Source of the DNA: a virus
Virus record (IMG/VR): IMGVR_UViG_3300046674_000395
Span: 23,566-87,565 of that record
Reading direction: 5' to 3' (one strand)
Length of the DNA stretch: 64,000 nucleotides
Shown here piece after piece: positions 9,089 through 17,243 of the stretch (the first letter of the stretch is position 1; each line of letters begins with the position of its first letter). Below the pieces are notes generated by a model, which saw only the letters and a program-made list of their open reading frames with translations, was not told the origin of the DNA and made no database searches. Position numbers and translations under genes: made by a program.

Positions 9089-9376
9089 TCAGGTGACGGA
9101 GAGGACTCCGGCTTTGCGGACGATGGACTCGGCGCCGGACGGGTCGATGTTGATCCACACCCGGTAGTCGCCTGGCTCGAGGACGGTGTCGCTGCCGGGG
9201 CCGACGAGGAGCCGGGCCACTCCGGCCACCCAGGACGCGTCCTGCCACTCACTGTCGGCGGGGTCGGTGCGGTGGGAGACGATCGCGATCCTGACCGGCA
9301 TGCCAGTCAGGTCTGTCCCGGCTGGGGCGGTGACTGGGACGTGGAGGAATTCCGTACTGGCGGAGGGGATCACCAC
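9089..9376 (-). CDS. hypothetical protein in the fibre cluster
   Basis: 95-aa ORF; GTG start overlapping the stop of the upstream fibre gene. Confidence 0.6.
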   Translation of the reverse strand: MVIPSASTEFLHVPVTAPAGTDLTGMPVRIAIVSHRTDPADSEWQDASWVAGVARLLVGPGSDTVLEPGDYRVWINIDPSGAESIVRKAGVLSVT

Positions 9377-10872
9377 GGTTCGGCCACCCCCCAGTCAGCG
9401 GTCCGGGCTGCCTGCACGGTCCAGGCCGAGGTGTACGGCCGGCCGGTTGTCCACGGGTTGTAGGGGGTGCCGACGGTGAGGTCGACGTCGTCGCGGGTGG
9501 TGAGCGTTGTCCCGGCGGCGGCGAGTGTCGCTGTCGCGGTGAGCGTCGCTCCGCGAGCGGATGCTGTGGACCCTGCTGCTGTGAGCGCTGCTTCAGCGCC
9601 GAGGGCTACGCCTGCGGCCGTGGCGCGGTGGCCAGACGCCGTAAGGGTGCCTGTGGCTGCGAATGCGGCAGTTCCGACAACGGGCGGTGTGCCTGTCACG
9701 CCGTCAGCCGTCAGCGTCGCCAGTGCTGTCAGGGCAGCAGCGCCGCTTCGGAGGACCTGCCCCTGTGCGGTCAGGGCGACTTCGGCGGCGAGTTGAGTGT
9801 CGGCCTGCGCCGCTCGTGTTCCGCTGGCAGCGAGGGCGGCGGTTGCGTCGAGCGCGGCCTGCCCTGCGGTGTTCACCAGTCCGGTGGCGGCCAGGTCCGT
9901 GGTTGCGGCCAGGCTTGCGGCGGCGGCCGTGCTGCGTTGTCCTGCCGCTGACAGGGCCGCGGTGACCGCGGCGGCGGCAGTGGCGACGACCGTGGTCTGT
10001 CCGGACGTGTTCAGGGCCGCGATAGCGGTCAGCGCCGAGTCGCCGGATGTGCTCACCGTTCCGTTGGCGGCCAGCGTTGCAGAGGTGGCAACACCTGCAG
10101 TCCCTGCGGTACTCCGGACGCCGTCAGCTGCCAGGGTGGCCGTGGATGCCAGCCCTGAGTCTCCGGCTGTGGCTCGTACTCCGCCTGCGGTCAAGGTGGC
10201 CGTCGGCGAGAGTGCTGAACCGTCTGCGGTGGAGCGGAGTCCGGAAGTGGTCAGGGTGGCGGTGGTGGCGAGCGCGGCAGAGCCGGCGGTGGTCCGCAGC
10301 CCCGACGCGGACAAGGTGGCGCTACCCGAGAGGGCCGCGTCGCCCGTAACGCCGGAGGCGACATCCGCCGCGGTGAAGTCGTCGAACCTCAGCGAGTTGG
10401 TCGACTCGGCGCGGAGGCCGACGGACGTACCGGTGGTGACGGCAGTGTCGGTGACGCTGATGCGGAGTGTGCCGTTGACGTAGCCCTTGATCGTCGAGCC
10501 GACGACCTCGAGCTTCGCTACATCCCCCGCGACGGCCGCCGCGGCGTAGCTGCCGATCGAGGTGAACGAGCCGCCGACGACTGAGAAGACGTTCCAGGAC
10601 GACCCGTCGTTCCTGAACAAGTAGCCGGAGGTGATGTTCGAGTTGCCCCTGGCCCAGATGCCGTGGCTGACGGCTGCGGTGGCGGCGATCGTGACCTGGA
10701 CGCTGTGATCGCTCGACGCCATCGCGCCAGCGGCCCGGAGGATGATCGTGCCGCCCGCGTTGCCGGAGCTGAGACGGCTGGAGATGATCGACCAGTCGCC
10801 GGACACCTCGACCCATCCGGCGCCGAGACTCGTGCTGTCTGACCTGTTGAAGTCGTCGGTGAAGGTGGTCAT
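9370..10872 (-). CDS. tail-fibre-like protein: lectin/LamG-like N-terminal domain plus 14 tandem 20-aa repeats
   Basis: N-terminus FTDDFNRSDSTSLGAGWVEVSGDWSI...; then units such as GSAALATTATLTTSGLRSTA / DGSALSPTATLTAGGVRATA; 500 aa. Confidence 0.75.
   Translation of the reverse strand: MTTFTDDFNRSDSTSLGAGWVEVSGDWSIISSRLSSGNAGGTIILRAAGAMASSDHSVQVTIAATAAVSHGIWARGNSNITSGYLFRNDGSSWNVFSVVGGSFTSIGSYAAAAVAGDVAKLEVVGSTIKGYVNGTLRISVTDTAVTTGTSVGLRAESTNSLRFDDFTAADVASGVTGDAALSGSATLSASGLRTTAGSAALATTATLTTSGLRSTADGSALSPTATLTAGGVRATAGDSGLASTATLAADGVRSTAGTAGVATSATLAANGTVSTSGDSALTAIAALNTSGQTTVVATAAAAVTAALSAAGQRSTAAAASLAATTDLAATGLVNTAGQAALDATAALAASGTRAAQADTQLAAEVALTAQGQVLRSGAAALTALATLTADGVTGTPPVVGTAAFAATGTLTASGHRATAAGVALGAEAALTAAGSTASARGATLTATATLAAAGTTLTTRDDVDLTVGTPYNPWTTGRPYTSAWTVQAARTADWGVAEPW
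9490..10345 (-). repeat. about 14 degenerate tandem 60-bp (20-aa) coding repeats inside the fibre gene
   Basis: Periodicity read from the translation (residues ~177-460), consensus xxAALxATATLTAxGxRxTA. Confidence 0.8.
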
Positions 10873-10916
10873 GGGCCCTCCCCGTCAGGGCGTCACGCCG
10901 CCTGCGGGTTGGCGAG

Positions 10917-11315
10917 TCATGCGGATTGCGGAGACAGACTGGCTCCCAACGACGCCAAAGTGAACTGATCGCCCGACGCCCAGGCCTTGCTCGCCGTCAG
11001 CGCCACCGAGAACAAGAACGTGCCGCCGCTGGCCGCGGTCCAGACTGAGATGTGGGTCAGCGTCTCCGACGTGCCTAGGTTGGTATATGCAGACGGCGCG
11101 GAGCTCAACGCCAGCGACGATCCCGACGACGAAGCCGCGAACGTGAAGCTGTTGCGGGTCGTGGAGCCGACGGACACGTTGGAGGTGCCTGCTGCGCCGG
11201 GGTCGCCGGTGTGCAGCTGCACGTAGGTGGCGGCCACCGCGCTGTACGCGGAGCCGGCGCTGCGGAGCGTGTTGAGCCAGCCGGAGACGAGGCTAGGGGC
11301 GAGTCCTGCGGTCAC
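10917..11315 (-). CDS. small tail-fibre-associated protein (paralog of 8688-9074)
   Basis: GTG start; YVQLHTGDPGAAGTSNVSVGSTTRNSFTFAA...ISVWTAASGGTFLF shares its pattern with 8688-9074. Confidence 0.6.
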   Translation of the reverse strand: MTAGLAPSLVSGWLNTLRSAGSAYSAVAATYVQLHTGDPGAAGTSNVSVGSTTRNSFTFAASSSGSSLALSSAPSAYTNLGTSETLTHISVWTAASGGTFLFSVALTASKAWASGDQFTLASLGASLSPQSA

Positions 11316-11413
11316 TGCTCGACCTCCTCGGTCTCAGGCTCGGCGTCGGTGTCGGGTTGGGCGGGAGTGACCTCGCCGGAGGCCTCCAGCCGCAGCACGT
11401 ACTCGTCGGGCAT
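11312..11413 (-). CDS. possible 33-aa acidic leader peptide of the fibre operon
   Basis: ATG at 11413, MPDEYVLRLEASGEV...; stop overlaps the next GTG (GTGA). The longer track version (to 11611) is R/P-rich and rejected. Confidence 0.35.
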   Translation of the reverse strand: MPDEYVLRLEASGEVTPAQPDTDAEPETEEVEQ

Positions 11414-11438
11414 GGCAGCCTCCAGGGGTGATGTGGAT

Positions 11439-11550
11439 CCCGCCGCCCGAGGCATGGGGAAACGGGCGGCGGGACTTCGGGGCTTGGATGAGCGGCCAGC
11501 CCCGGACTTGGGGTTTGCGTCCGCCCGGTCCCCCTCAGGGCCGGGCGGAC
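11439..11550 (-). terminator. two GC-rich hairpins at the transfer-module/fibre-module junction
   Basis: cccgccgcccg 11439-11449 pairs with cgggcggcggg 11463-11473; gtccgcccgg 11519-11528 pairs with ccgggcggac 11541-11550. Confidence 0.6.
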
Positions 11551-11611
11551 GGTGGGGCCGAGCGCGGGGCGCTACGAGGCCCGGCCTGCGCGACCACCCG
11601 CGCAGGGGCAT

Positions 11612-11854
11612 TCAGGCGGCCAGTAGGGCCGTCTCGATGATGGGCGGGGTGGCGCCGGGCTCGATGAGCGCCAGCGTGTCCTTGTCCCGCTTCGCTTCGG
11701 GGATCTCGTCCATGTCGTAGAGGACGCCGTTCTTGCGCCGCCACCGGTCTTGATGCCGTGTGAGGCGTCCCTCGGCGGCCCAGCGGCGGATCGTTGCTTC
11801 GGGGCGTCCGGCAACGTGGGCGGCGAGGTCTACGGGAATGAGCGGTCCGGGCAT
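11612..11854 (-). CDS. excisionase-family (HTH_17-like) DNA-binding protein
   Basis: MPGPLIPVDLAAHVAGRPEATIRRWAAEGRLTRH; start taken at 11854, with an alternative ATG at 11971 abutting the upstream TAA. Confidence 0.55.
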   Translation of the reverse strand: MPGPLIPVDLAAHVAGRPEATIRRWAAEGRLTRHQDRWRRKNGVLYDMDEIPEAKRDKDTLALIEPGATPPIIETALLAA

Positions 11855-11971
11855 TCGTTCACCCCCGGACATGCGAATGGGGCCGCCTTGTCGGCAGCCC
11901 CTCAAGTCACAACGATCGCATCTTGAGACCAAGATATGCTCGCCCAGCTCAGAGGGCAAGTAGTTCTTCAT

Positions 11972-12298
11972 TTACCAACGTTCGTGCCGGTCTCGCCGCA
12001 GATCCTTGACGGCGTATAGGACGAGGTATGCGAGGAGAGCTGCGATGGCCAAGGGCCAGAGGGGCGCAAAGGCTGCCGTGAGCAGGGCGTGGGACAGCGC
12101 GTGTCCGCGGGGCGAGCGTCCGCCGGTGAGCGCCATGTTGGCACCCCAGAGGGCCACCCCGATGCCGAGGTAGATGGTGACTCCGAGGCCTGGCAGATCG
12201 GAGTTTTGAAGCGCGATCACGATAAAGACTACGGAGCCGATCAGCCACAGGGTGGCGTAGAGCCGGAACAGGGCCTGGTTCGGCACGGCTTCGCTCAT
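11972..12298 (-). CDS. integral membrane protein (3-4 TM segments)
   Basis: Hydrophobic stretches LYATLWLIGSVVFIVIAL, VTIYLGIGVALWGANMAL, LLTAAFAPLWPLAIAALLAYLVLY. Confidence 0.65.
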   Translation of the reverse strand: MSEAVPNQALFRLYATLWLIGSVVFIVIALQNSDLPGLGVTIYLGIGVALWGANMALTGGRSPRGHALSHALLTAAFAPLWPLAIAALLAYLVLYAVKDLRRDRHERW

Positions 12299-13014
12299 GC
12301 AGCCGCTCCTTCGGTTGCGCCCATCGTCTCAGCCATCAAGGCTTCCTGCGCGGACCGGAGTTCCCGCCACTCCCCCAGCGTCTCCCATCGGGCGCCGCAT
12401 GCCCCGCAGTTGACGCGGTGACTGTCGGCGCGGGCGGTGAGCGGAGTCCAGCAGAGCTGCTCGTCGACTTTGACGGGACAGTTGCCGATCTTCACCCGGC
12501 CGGGGCGCCGTTCATCGTTGACGATGGCCGTGCATTCGCCGTGCAGCCGCCACAGTTCGTCGATGTCCTGCCCAATTTCCTCGTAACTGGAGCACGCCCA
12601 CAGCAGGTTGTTGGCGAGGAACTGGGTGAGCTGCGGGACGGCCTGCGCCGGGCTGCCGCGCCACGGGGCAACGGTCCAGCCGAGCGCGGACCGCCACGAG
12701 TCTTCGATAGCCGACAACCGGGCTGCGACACCGCCCGGCCCGACGAGCGAGAGGACTTCCAGCCGGGGCGGGATCGGCGGGGTCCTGCTGCCGGACGAGC
12801 CGCCGCCCGTCCGTTGAGCGCCGCGCATCAGGGCTGCAGTCGTGTCCAGACGCCGGAACAGAGCGGGGAGCTCAGCGATCCGGGCGGCGGTGGCGTCCTC
12901 ACACGGGCGGCAGACCCAACGCCCGGCTTCGTTGGCCCAAAGCTGACGGTTGCAGCGGGGGGTCACGCAGACCGGCCAAGAGTATTCGTCGAGGGTGGCG
13001 GGGTGGTCGTGCAC
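12295..13014 (-). CDS. hypothetical Cys-rich protein
   Basis: GTG at 13014 preceded by GAGGAG; two zinc-ribbon-like pairs (CVTPRCN...CRPCED; CPVKV...CGACG). Confidence 0.62.
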   Translation of the reverse strand: MHDHPATLDEYSWPVCVTPRCNRQLWANEAGRWVCRPCEDATAARIAELPALFRRLDTTAALMRGAQRTGGGSSGSRTPPIPPRLEVLSLVGPGGVAARLSAIEDSWRSALGWTVAPWRGSPAQAVPQLTQFLANNLLWACSSYEEIGQDIDELWRLHGECTAIVNDERRPGRVKIGNCPVKVDEQLCWTPLTARADSHRVNCGACGARWETLGEWRELRSAQEALMAETMGATEGAAA

Positions 13015-13140
13015 GGCAGGCTCCTCGGGTGGTGCGGGGAAGCGGTGACGCAACAAGCCAATTGTGCACCCGAGGGCTTGACACGGCGGGCCAATGGCAT
13101 AGCAGAAGCCCACCCGGTGATATCGGGCGGGCTTCTACGG

Positions 13141-13383
13141 TCACGCTGCTTCTTGCCGCCCGTCGACTGCAACGGCCCGCACACATCGGGGGCATTCGCG
13201 GATGGCGCCGCCGGGGTAGCCGCGGGCGAGCCAGCCGGTTTTCCCGCAGGCGGCTTCGAGCGGGTCTTCGTACCAGCGGTTGTCGACGGGTCGGCGGGTG
13301 CGGTGGCTGGTGCGACCGTTGACGAATCGGATGTCGCGGACCGGGAACTGCTCGGCCATCGTCGGGGCGAGCGGGGCAGTCAT
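13141..13383 (-). CDS. hypothetical protein
   Basis: ATG at 13383 overlaps the upstream stop (ATGA); 80 aa. Confidence 0.5.
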   Translation of the reverse strand: MTAPLAPTMAEQFPVRDIRFVNGRTSHRTRRPVDNRWYEDPLEAACGKTGWLARGYPGGAIRECPRCVRAVAVDGRQEAA

Positions 13384-13748
13384 CAGCAGAACTCGTGGAG
13401 CGAGAACTCGTAGCCCTCGGCATCCACGAGGCAGCGGTTCGCCCACTCCGAATGCGCATCCAGCGCGCATCGGAAGCCGTAGCGCCGCAGCAAGGCTCCA
13501 TCAGCACCTCGGCGGGCCGCCATCGTCTCGACCATCTCTGCCAGCGGGACTTCACGCCCGTACTCGTTCCGGACCGCCACATCGGACTGCTCCAGGAAGG
13601 CCGCCCACGCCGAACGGCTCGTCAGTCCCAGGTCGCCGTGAGCGCGACCGAGGAAGACCCAGCCTGCTGCGGTCTTACCGATGTGCAGGCCTTCGCCGTC
13701 GCGCTCGCCGCCAGGGAATGGGCCGAACGCGTAGTAGTTGGTGGACAC
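13383..13748 (-). CDS. hypothetical protein
   Basis: 121-aa ORF, MSTNYYAFGPFPGGERDGEGLHIGKTAAGWVF... Confidence 0.62.
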   Translation of the reverse strand: MSTNYYAFGPFPGGERDGEGLHIGKTAAGWVFLGRAHGDLGLTSRSAWAAFLEQSDVAVRNEYGREVPLAEMVETMAARRGADGALLRRYGFRCALDAHSEWANRCLVDAEGYEFSLHEFC

Positions 13749-13757
13749 GAGGTTCTC

Positions 13758-14033
13758 CTATCGGCTGAGGCCGGGCAGGTCGCCCCATCCGGCGATCAGT
13801 CCTGGGTTGTGGGCGGCAAGCACCTTGTTGGCGGCGCAGAGCTGGGCTTGAAGCCGCAGCGTGGGTTCGGTGCGGACCTGGGCGGGGAGGGCGGCGAGCG
13901 TGCGCCCGGTCAGGAGTCGGCCGCACAGTCCGGCCTCGGCGACCGCCTCCCGGACGACGGCGGGGAGTTGGCGGCCGGCGAGGGCGGCGACCGCGTCCGG
14001 GACGGGGACCATGGACGCCGGGCGGACAATCAC
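13758..14033 (-). CDS. hypothetical protein
   Basis: 91-aa ORF; overlaps the upstream stop. Confidence 0.5.
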   Translation of the reverse strand: MIVRPASMVPVPDAVAALAGRQLPAVVREAVAEAGLCGRLLTGRTLAALPAQVRTEPTLRLQAQLCAANKVLAAHNPGLIAGWGDLPGLSR

Positions 14034-14248
14034 GGCTGTCCTGCCGGGTTGCGGGCGAGGAGCCAGTTCTCGTCGCCACGGCTGCGGTATCGCTCGGCCA
14101 GGTCGGAGCGTCCGGCACGGTCGGCTTTCTCGGCTTCGGCGTCCCAGTGCTTCACGGCGTCCAGGTGTGCGGTGGCGAGCAGTTGGGCGGTGGTGGCGGG
14201 CTCAGGCTTCAGCGACGTGGAGTTGCTGTTGCGGGTCGAGCTGGTCAA
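14030..14248 (-). CDS. hypothetical protein (first gene of a leftward operon)
   Basis: 72-aa ORF downstream of the divergent control region. Confidence 0.55.
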   Translation of the reverse strand: MTSSTRNSNSTSLKPEPATTAQLLATAHLDAVKHWDAEAEKADRAGRSDLAERYRSRGDENWLLARNPAGQP

Positions 14249-14289
14249 CGGGTCCCCCTTAGCGCAGTAATTCAGTCCGCCATAGCAAT

Positions 14290-14356
14290 CAACTAGCGAT
14301 CACTAGTTGCGGTTCCTATGCCTCAGACCGTACTCCTGAGGCATAGGCACCGCAAC
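14290..14356. promoter_or_regulatory. nested palindromes in a divergent promoter region
   Basis: caactag 14290-14296 / ctagttg 14303-14309. Then a 21-bp arm gttgcggttcctatgcctcag 14306-14326, a 9-nt loop, and ctgaggcataggcaccgcaac 14336-14356 (1 mismatch). Confidence 0.75.
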
Positions 14357-14378
14357 CCTGTTGCGATACATTGACTCC

Positions 14379-14669
14379 ATGAATCCGACCGCGCCCACAG
14401 GGCCGCCATCCCTGGAGGACATCGCCGCAGCTGGCACCCGCCGGCAGCGCGACGCCGACCGCCTCAAGAAGTCCGGCGACGAGCTGAAGGAACTCGTCCT
14501 CGCCGCGCTCCGCGAAGGGGTCCACCGCCCCACCGAAGTCGCCAAGGCCTCAGGCTGGACCGGCGCTCACGTGCGGAAGATGGCGCGGGATGCAGGCATC
14601 GAGCCTGACGAGCGCTACCGAGAGAGGGCCGAGCGACTCAAGAAAGCGCAGGCCGGGGAGTCCGAGTGA
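14379..14669 (+). CDS. hypothetical protein with possible HTH
   Basis: ATG 14379 (alternative TTG 14361); PTEVAKASGWTGAHVRKMARDAGI resembles an HTH. Confidence 0.58.
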   Translation: MNPTAPTGPPSLEDIAAAGTRRQRDADRLKKSGDELKELVLAALREGVHRPTEVAKASGWTGAHVRKMARDAGIEPDERYRERAERLKKAQAGESE

Positions 14670-14980
14670 CCCCGAACCAGGCCGCCATGGTCGACTTCCT
14701 GCGCGACCGATACGCCGAGAAGCTCGACCTCGCCCAGTCGATGGCCAGAGCCTTCGCTTTGGGCTTGGGCCAGGACCAGGGGCTAAAGCCGGCGGACGCC
14801 GCAGACCAGGCCCGCATCGGCATCCACGCCGCCGAGTCCCGCACCCGCTTCCTCGACGAGACGGTCATCCCCTACCTGGGTACGGCCGGCCCGACGGGCA
14901 GGATCGCCGACATGCAGCTGCGGCTCCTCGCCGACGAGCACCAGGGCGCGCGCGGGTACGACGAGGCGTGGCGCCCGTAG
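14666..14980 (+). CDS. DUF6221-like protein
   Basis: MVDFLRDRYAEKLDLA... and C-terminal LRLLADEH...YDEAWRP match my recollection of the actinobacterial DUF6221 pattern; ATGA overlap with the upstream gene. Confidence 0.55.
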   Translation: MTPNQAAMVDFLRDRYAEKLDLAQSMARAFALGLGQDQGLKPADAADQARIGIHAAESRTRFLDETVIPYLGTAGPTGRIADMQLRLLADEHQGARGYDEAWRP

Positions 14981-15033
14981 CCGCTTCCCGGATTCCGACC
15001 CGTCTCCCCCTCCGCCGCGGGCAGACTGCGGGT

Positions 15034-15228
15034 ATGGCGATCCGGGTGGGTGTGCAGGCGGACAGTCAGGACGAGTGCGCGGAAGGGTTGGCGCAGCTGG
15101 TGGACGCCGGGTATCTGCCGGTGATGCTGCCGACGCTCCTCACCGACAACCGGTGGCTGGCCCGCGCCGTCCCCGCACCAACGACGAAGGCCCCGTCCGA
15201 ACCCGGACGGGGCCTCGCTGCGCAGTGA
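15034..15228 (+). CDS. possible small protein
   Basis: 64-aa ORF with high GC3, but a strong hairpin lies inside its 3' end. Confidence 0.3.
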   Translation: MAIRVGVQADSQDECAEGLAQLVDAGYLPVMLPTLLTDNRWLARAVPAPTTKAPSEPGRGLAAQ

Positions 15229-15234
15229 ACCGTC

Positions 15235-15588
15235 TCAGTCGAGGCTGCCGTTGATCGACCCGTCGTCGTAGTAGTCGAGCGTGTCCTGGTCCGTCTTCGA
15301 CATCCCGTACTTCAGGACCGCGCCCACGACCAGCGCGTCGTAGTCGTCCTGCTTCACCTCGTCACAGGCATCCGGCCTACCGGACCCGCCAGCTTTCGTC
15401 TGCACGGCGAGCGCCTTCTCGCAGTCGGCGACGGTGTCGTCGTAGGACCGGCCGTTCGTCCACAGCACGGTGGTGATGATGGCGAGGGCGGCGACGAGGG
15501 CGCCGACGATGATCCAGGCGGTGCGTCTCTTCGCTGCGGGCTGTGGCGCGTAGCCGGGCATGGGCGGTGTGACGGGCTGGTGATCCAT
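15235..15588 (-). CDS. membrane-anchored protein (single N-terminal TM)
   Basis: Start MDHQPVTPPMPGY at 15588; TM segment AWIIVGALVAALAIITTVLW. Confidence 0.6.
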   Translation of the reverse strand: MDHQPVTPPMPGYAPQPAAKRRTAWIIVGALVAALAIITTVLWTNGRSYDDTVADCEKALAVQTKAGGSGRPDACDEVKQDDYDALVVGAVLKYGMSKTDQDTLDYYDDGSINGSLD

Positions 15589-15635
15589 GGTCCCCCCAAG
15601 GACGGTGCGGAGTCGGGATGCTCGTTTGGCACTGG

Positions 15636-16109
15636 TCAGCACTTCTCCATGAAGAAGTACTTCGCCATGGCTTTGGTATCGATCGACGGATCGTCCATCA
15701 TCGCGTCCAGCATGATGCCGATCGCCTCCGACCCTTCGTCTCTCAGCAGACCGCACGTGTCCGCCTGAGCGTCCGCGTCGAGGCCGTCCCACGCATCGTC
15801 ATAGATCGCCTCGTCGGCTGCGTCGGCGAGGATCTCGTCCTTGTGCTCGGCGAGGACTTCACCGACGAGTTGCACGTACTCGTCGTGGGTCAAGTCGACG
15901 CATCGCGGTTCGCCGGAGATGTCGCTGGCCGCGTCGGCTTCGAGGTTCAGCTCCAGCAGGTCCTTGCAGTCCTCGGCCGTGTAACCAGTGTCGGTCGGCG
16001 TTGGCGCTGTGCTGGCTTTCGCATCGGTCGTTCCGCCGGCCGAGCAGCCGACAGTGCCTCCTCCGGCAAGCAAGACAGCTGCGAGTAGGACGGTGACGGC
16101 GCGGTTCAT
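15636..16109 (-). CDS. lipoprotein
   Basis: Signal peptide with lipobox: MNRAVTVLLAAVLLAGGGTVGCSAGG. Confidence 0.72.
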   Translation of the reverse strand: MNRAVTVLLAAVLLAGGGTVGCSAGGTTDAKASTAPTPTDTGYTAEDCKDLLELNLEADAASDISGEPRCVDLTHDEYVQLVGEVLAEHKDEILADAADEAIYDDAWDGLDADAQADTCGLLRDEGSEAIGIMLDAMMDDPSIDTKAMAKYFFMEKC

Positions 16110-16213
16110 GATTCCCCCTGGTTGTGCAGTGTCGGGATGCTAGCGGCGGGCGGGCAGGTTACGGACGGGTCTGGGTGAGGTTCACCGGTTCGAGACCGGC
16201 GCTCCGCCTGGCC

Positions 16214-16729
16214 CTACAGGCCGCGGTTGTGGGCGAGTTCGGCGGCCCTGCCGAACTGGAGCAGGACGGGGGCAGCGCTGGTCTGGCCGGCGTTCCAGGA
16301 GGGGATCGTTCCTGCGGTCGGGAAGTCCTGCTGGATGGCTTCGAGCAGGAGGATGCACGCGTCATCGGCGAGGCGACGATCCCCGTGGGCTTCGAGGCGG
16401 ATCGCTCGGATCGGGCAGACCGCTCCGGCCTCGTCGAAGATGGCGTCGCGGCACCATCCGTCGACCGCGATCCGCTGCTGGGCCCGCCGGAGCAGGCCGG
16501 CGATCGGGCTGCTGTACGGGCTGGGCGCCAGGGTCGGGGTGAGCTGGAACGGCGCGGCGATCTCGGCCGGCGCGTCGACGGCGATGTGGGCGCTGTTGAT
16601 GTCGACGGCGAGTACGGCGGTTCGGCAACGCCCGTCCATCTCGGCGAGGCGGAGCGCCATGCGGGCGTCGAGGTCGAGCACGGGGGTCGCGGTGGGTGGA
16701 CTTGCCAGGGTGGGGGTGTGCGTGGTCAT
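16214..16729 (-). CDS. hypothetical protein
   Basis: Start MTTHTPTLAS at 16729 (residue 43 of the track ORF). Confidence 0.52.
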   Translation of the reverse strand: MTTHTPTLASPPTATPVLDLDARMALRLAEMDGRCRTAVLAVDINSAHIAVDAPAEIAAPFQLTPTLAPSPYSSPIAGLLRRAQQRIAVDGWCRDAIFDEAGAVCPIRAIRLEAHGDRRLADDACILLLEAIQQDFPTAGTIPSWNAGQTSAAPVLLQFGRAAELAHNRGL

Positions 16730-16818
16730 CTCCTGTTGCCTGTCTGCGCGTTCGCGCGTGGTGGGTGGATGGGGCGCCCCTGGTGGCTTCCAGGCGTTCG
16801 AGGGGCGCCCCGGCTGAG

Positions 16819-17013
16819 CTACTTGCCGCCGAGCGGCGTGGAGGCGTTGGCCCACGAAAGCTCGGACAGTTCGCCCTTGGGGCCGGTGCCGCGCTTGTTC
16901 CGCTCGCTGATCTCGTGAGCGATCCGTTCTGCCTCGGCAGCGTCGCCGCGCTGCATGGCGGCGACGAACTCGCGGACGGACTGGTGCTTGTACTCGACGC
17001 CCATGGCCGTCAC
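16819..17013 (-). CDS. small protein, tandem paralog A
   Basis: YKHQSVREFVAAMQRGDAAEAERIAHEI aligns with the neighbour's ITHQSVHDYIAAKKRGDRATTDRILREA. Confidence 0.6.
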   Translation of the reverse strand: MTAMGVEYKHQSVREFVAAMQRGDAAEAERIAHEISERNKRGTGPKGELSELSWANASTPLGGK

Positions 17014-17201
17014 GCTCCTTCGCCGAAGGTGACGTGCATCGATGCGTGGCCGAGCTGAGCCATCTCGCTGCCGTCGGTGGTGCGGGTGTTGAAGCGGGTG
17101 GTGGCCTCGCGGAGGATCCGGTCGGTGGTGGCGCGGTCGCCGCGCTTCTTCGCGGCGATGTAGTCGTGCACGGACTGGTGGGTGATCTTCAGGTCGGACA
17201 T
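17010..17201 (-). CDS. small protein, tandem paralog B
   Basis: See 16819-17013; ATGA overlap between the two genes. Confidence 0.6.
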   Translation of the reverse strand: MSDLKITHQSVHDYIAAKKRGDRATTDRILREATTRFNTRTTDGSEMAQLGHASMHVTFGEGA

Positions 17202-17243
17202 GCGATCTCCTGGTTCGAGGGGCTGCTGGTCGGTTGCGCTGAG

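Noticed and set aside
9490-10345. Regular ~60-bp repeat array that could be mistaken for a CRISPR or minisatellite
   Set aside because: The repeats are degenerate and contiguous without unique spacers. They lie in frame within a fibre protein ORF and there are no cas genes.
11312-11611. 99-aa version of the ORF upstream of the fibre operon
   Set aside because: The N-terminal two-thirds is R/P/G-rich and spans two terminator hairpins. Only the last 33 codons, from ATG 11413, look plausibly coding.
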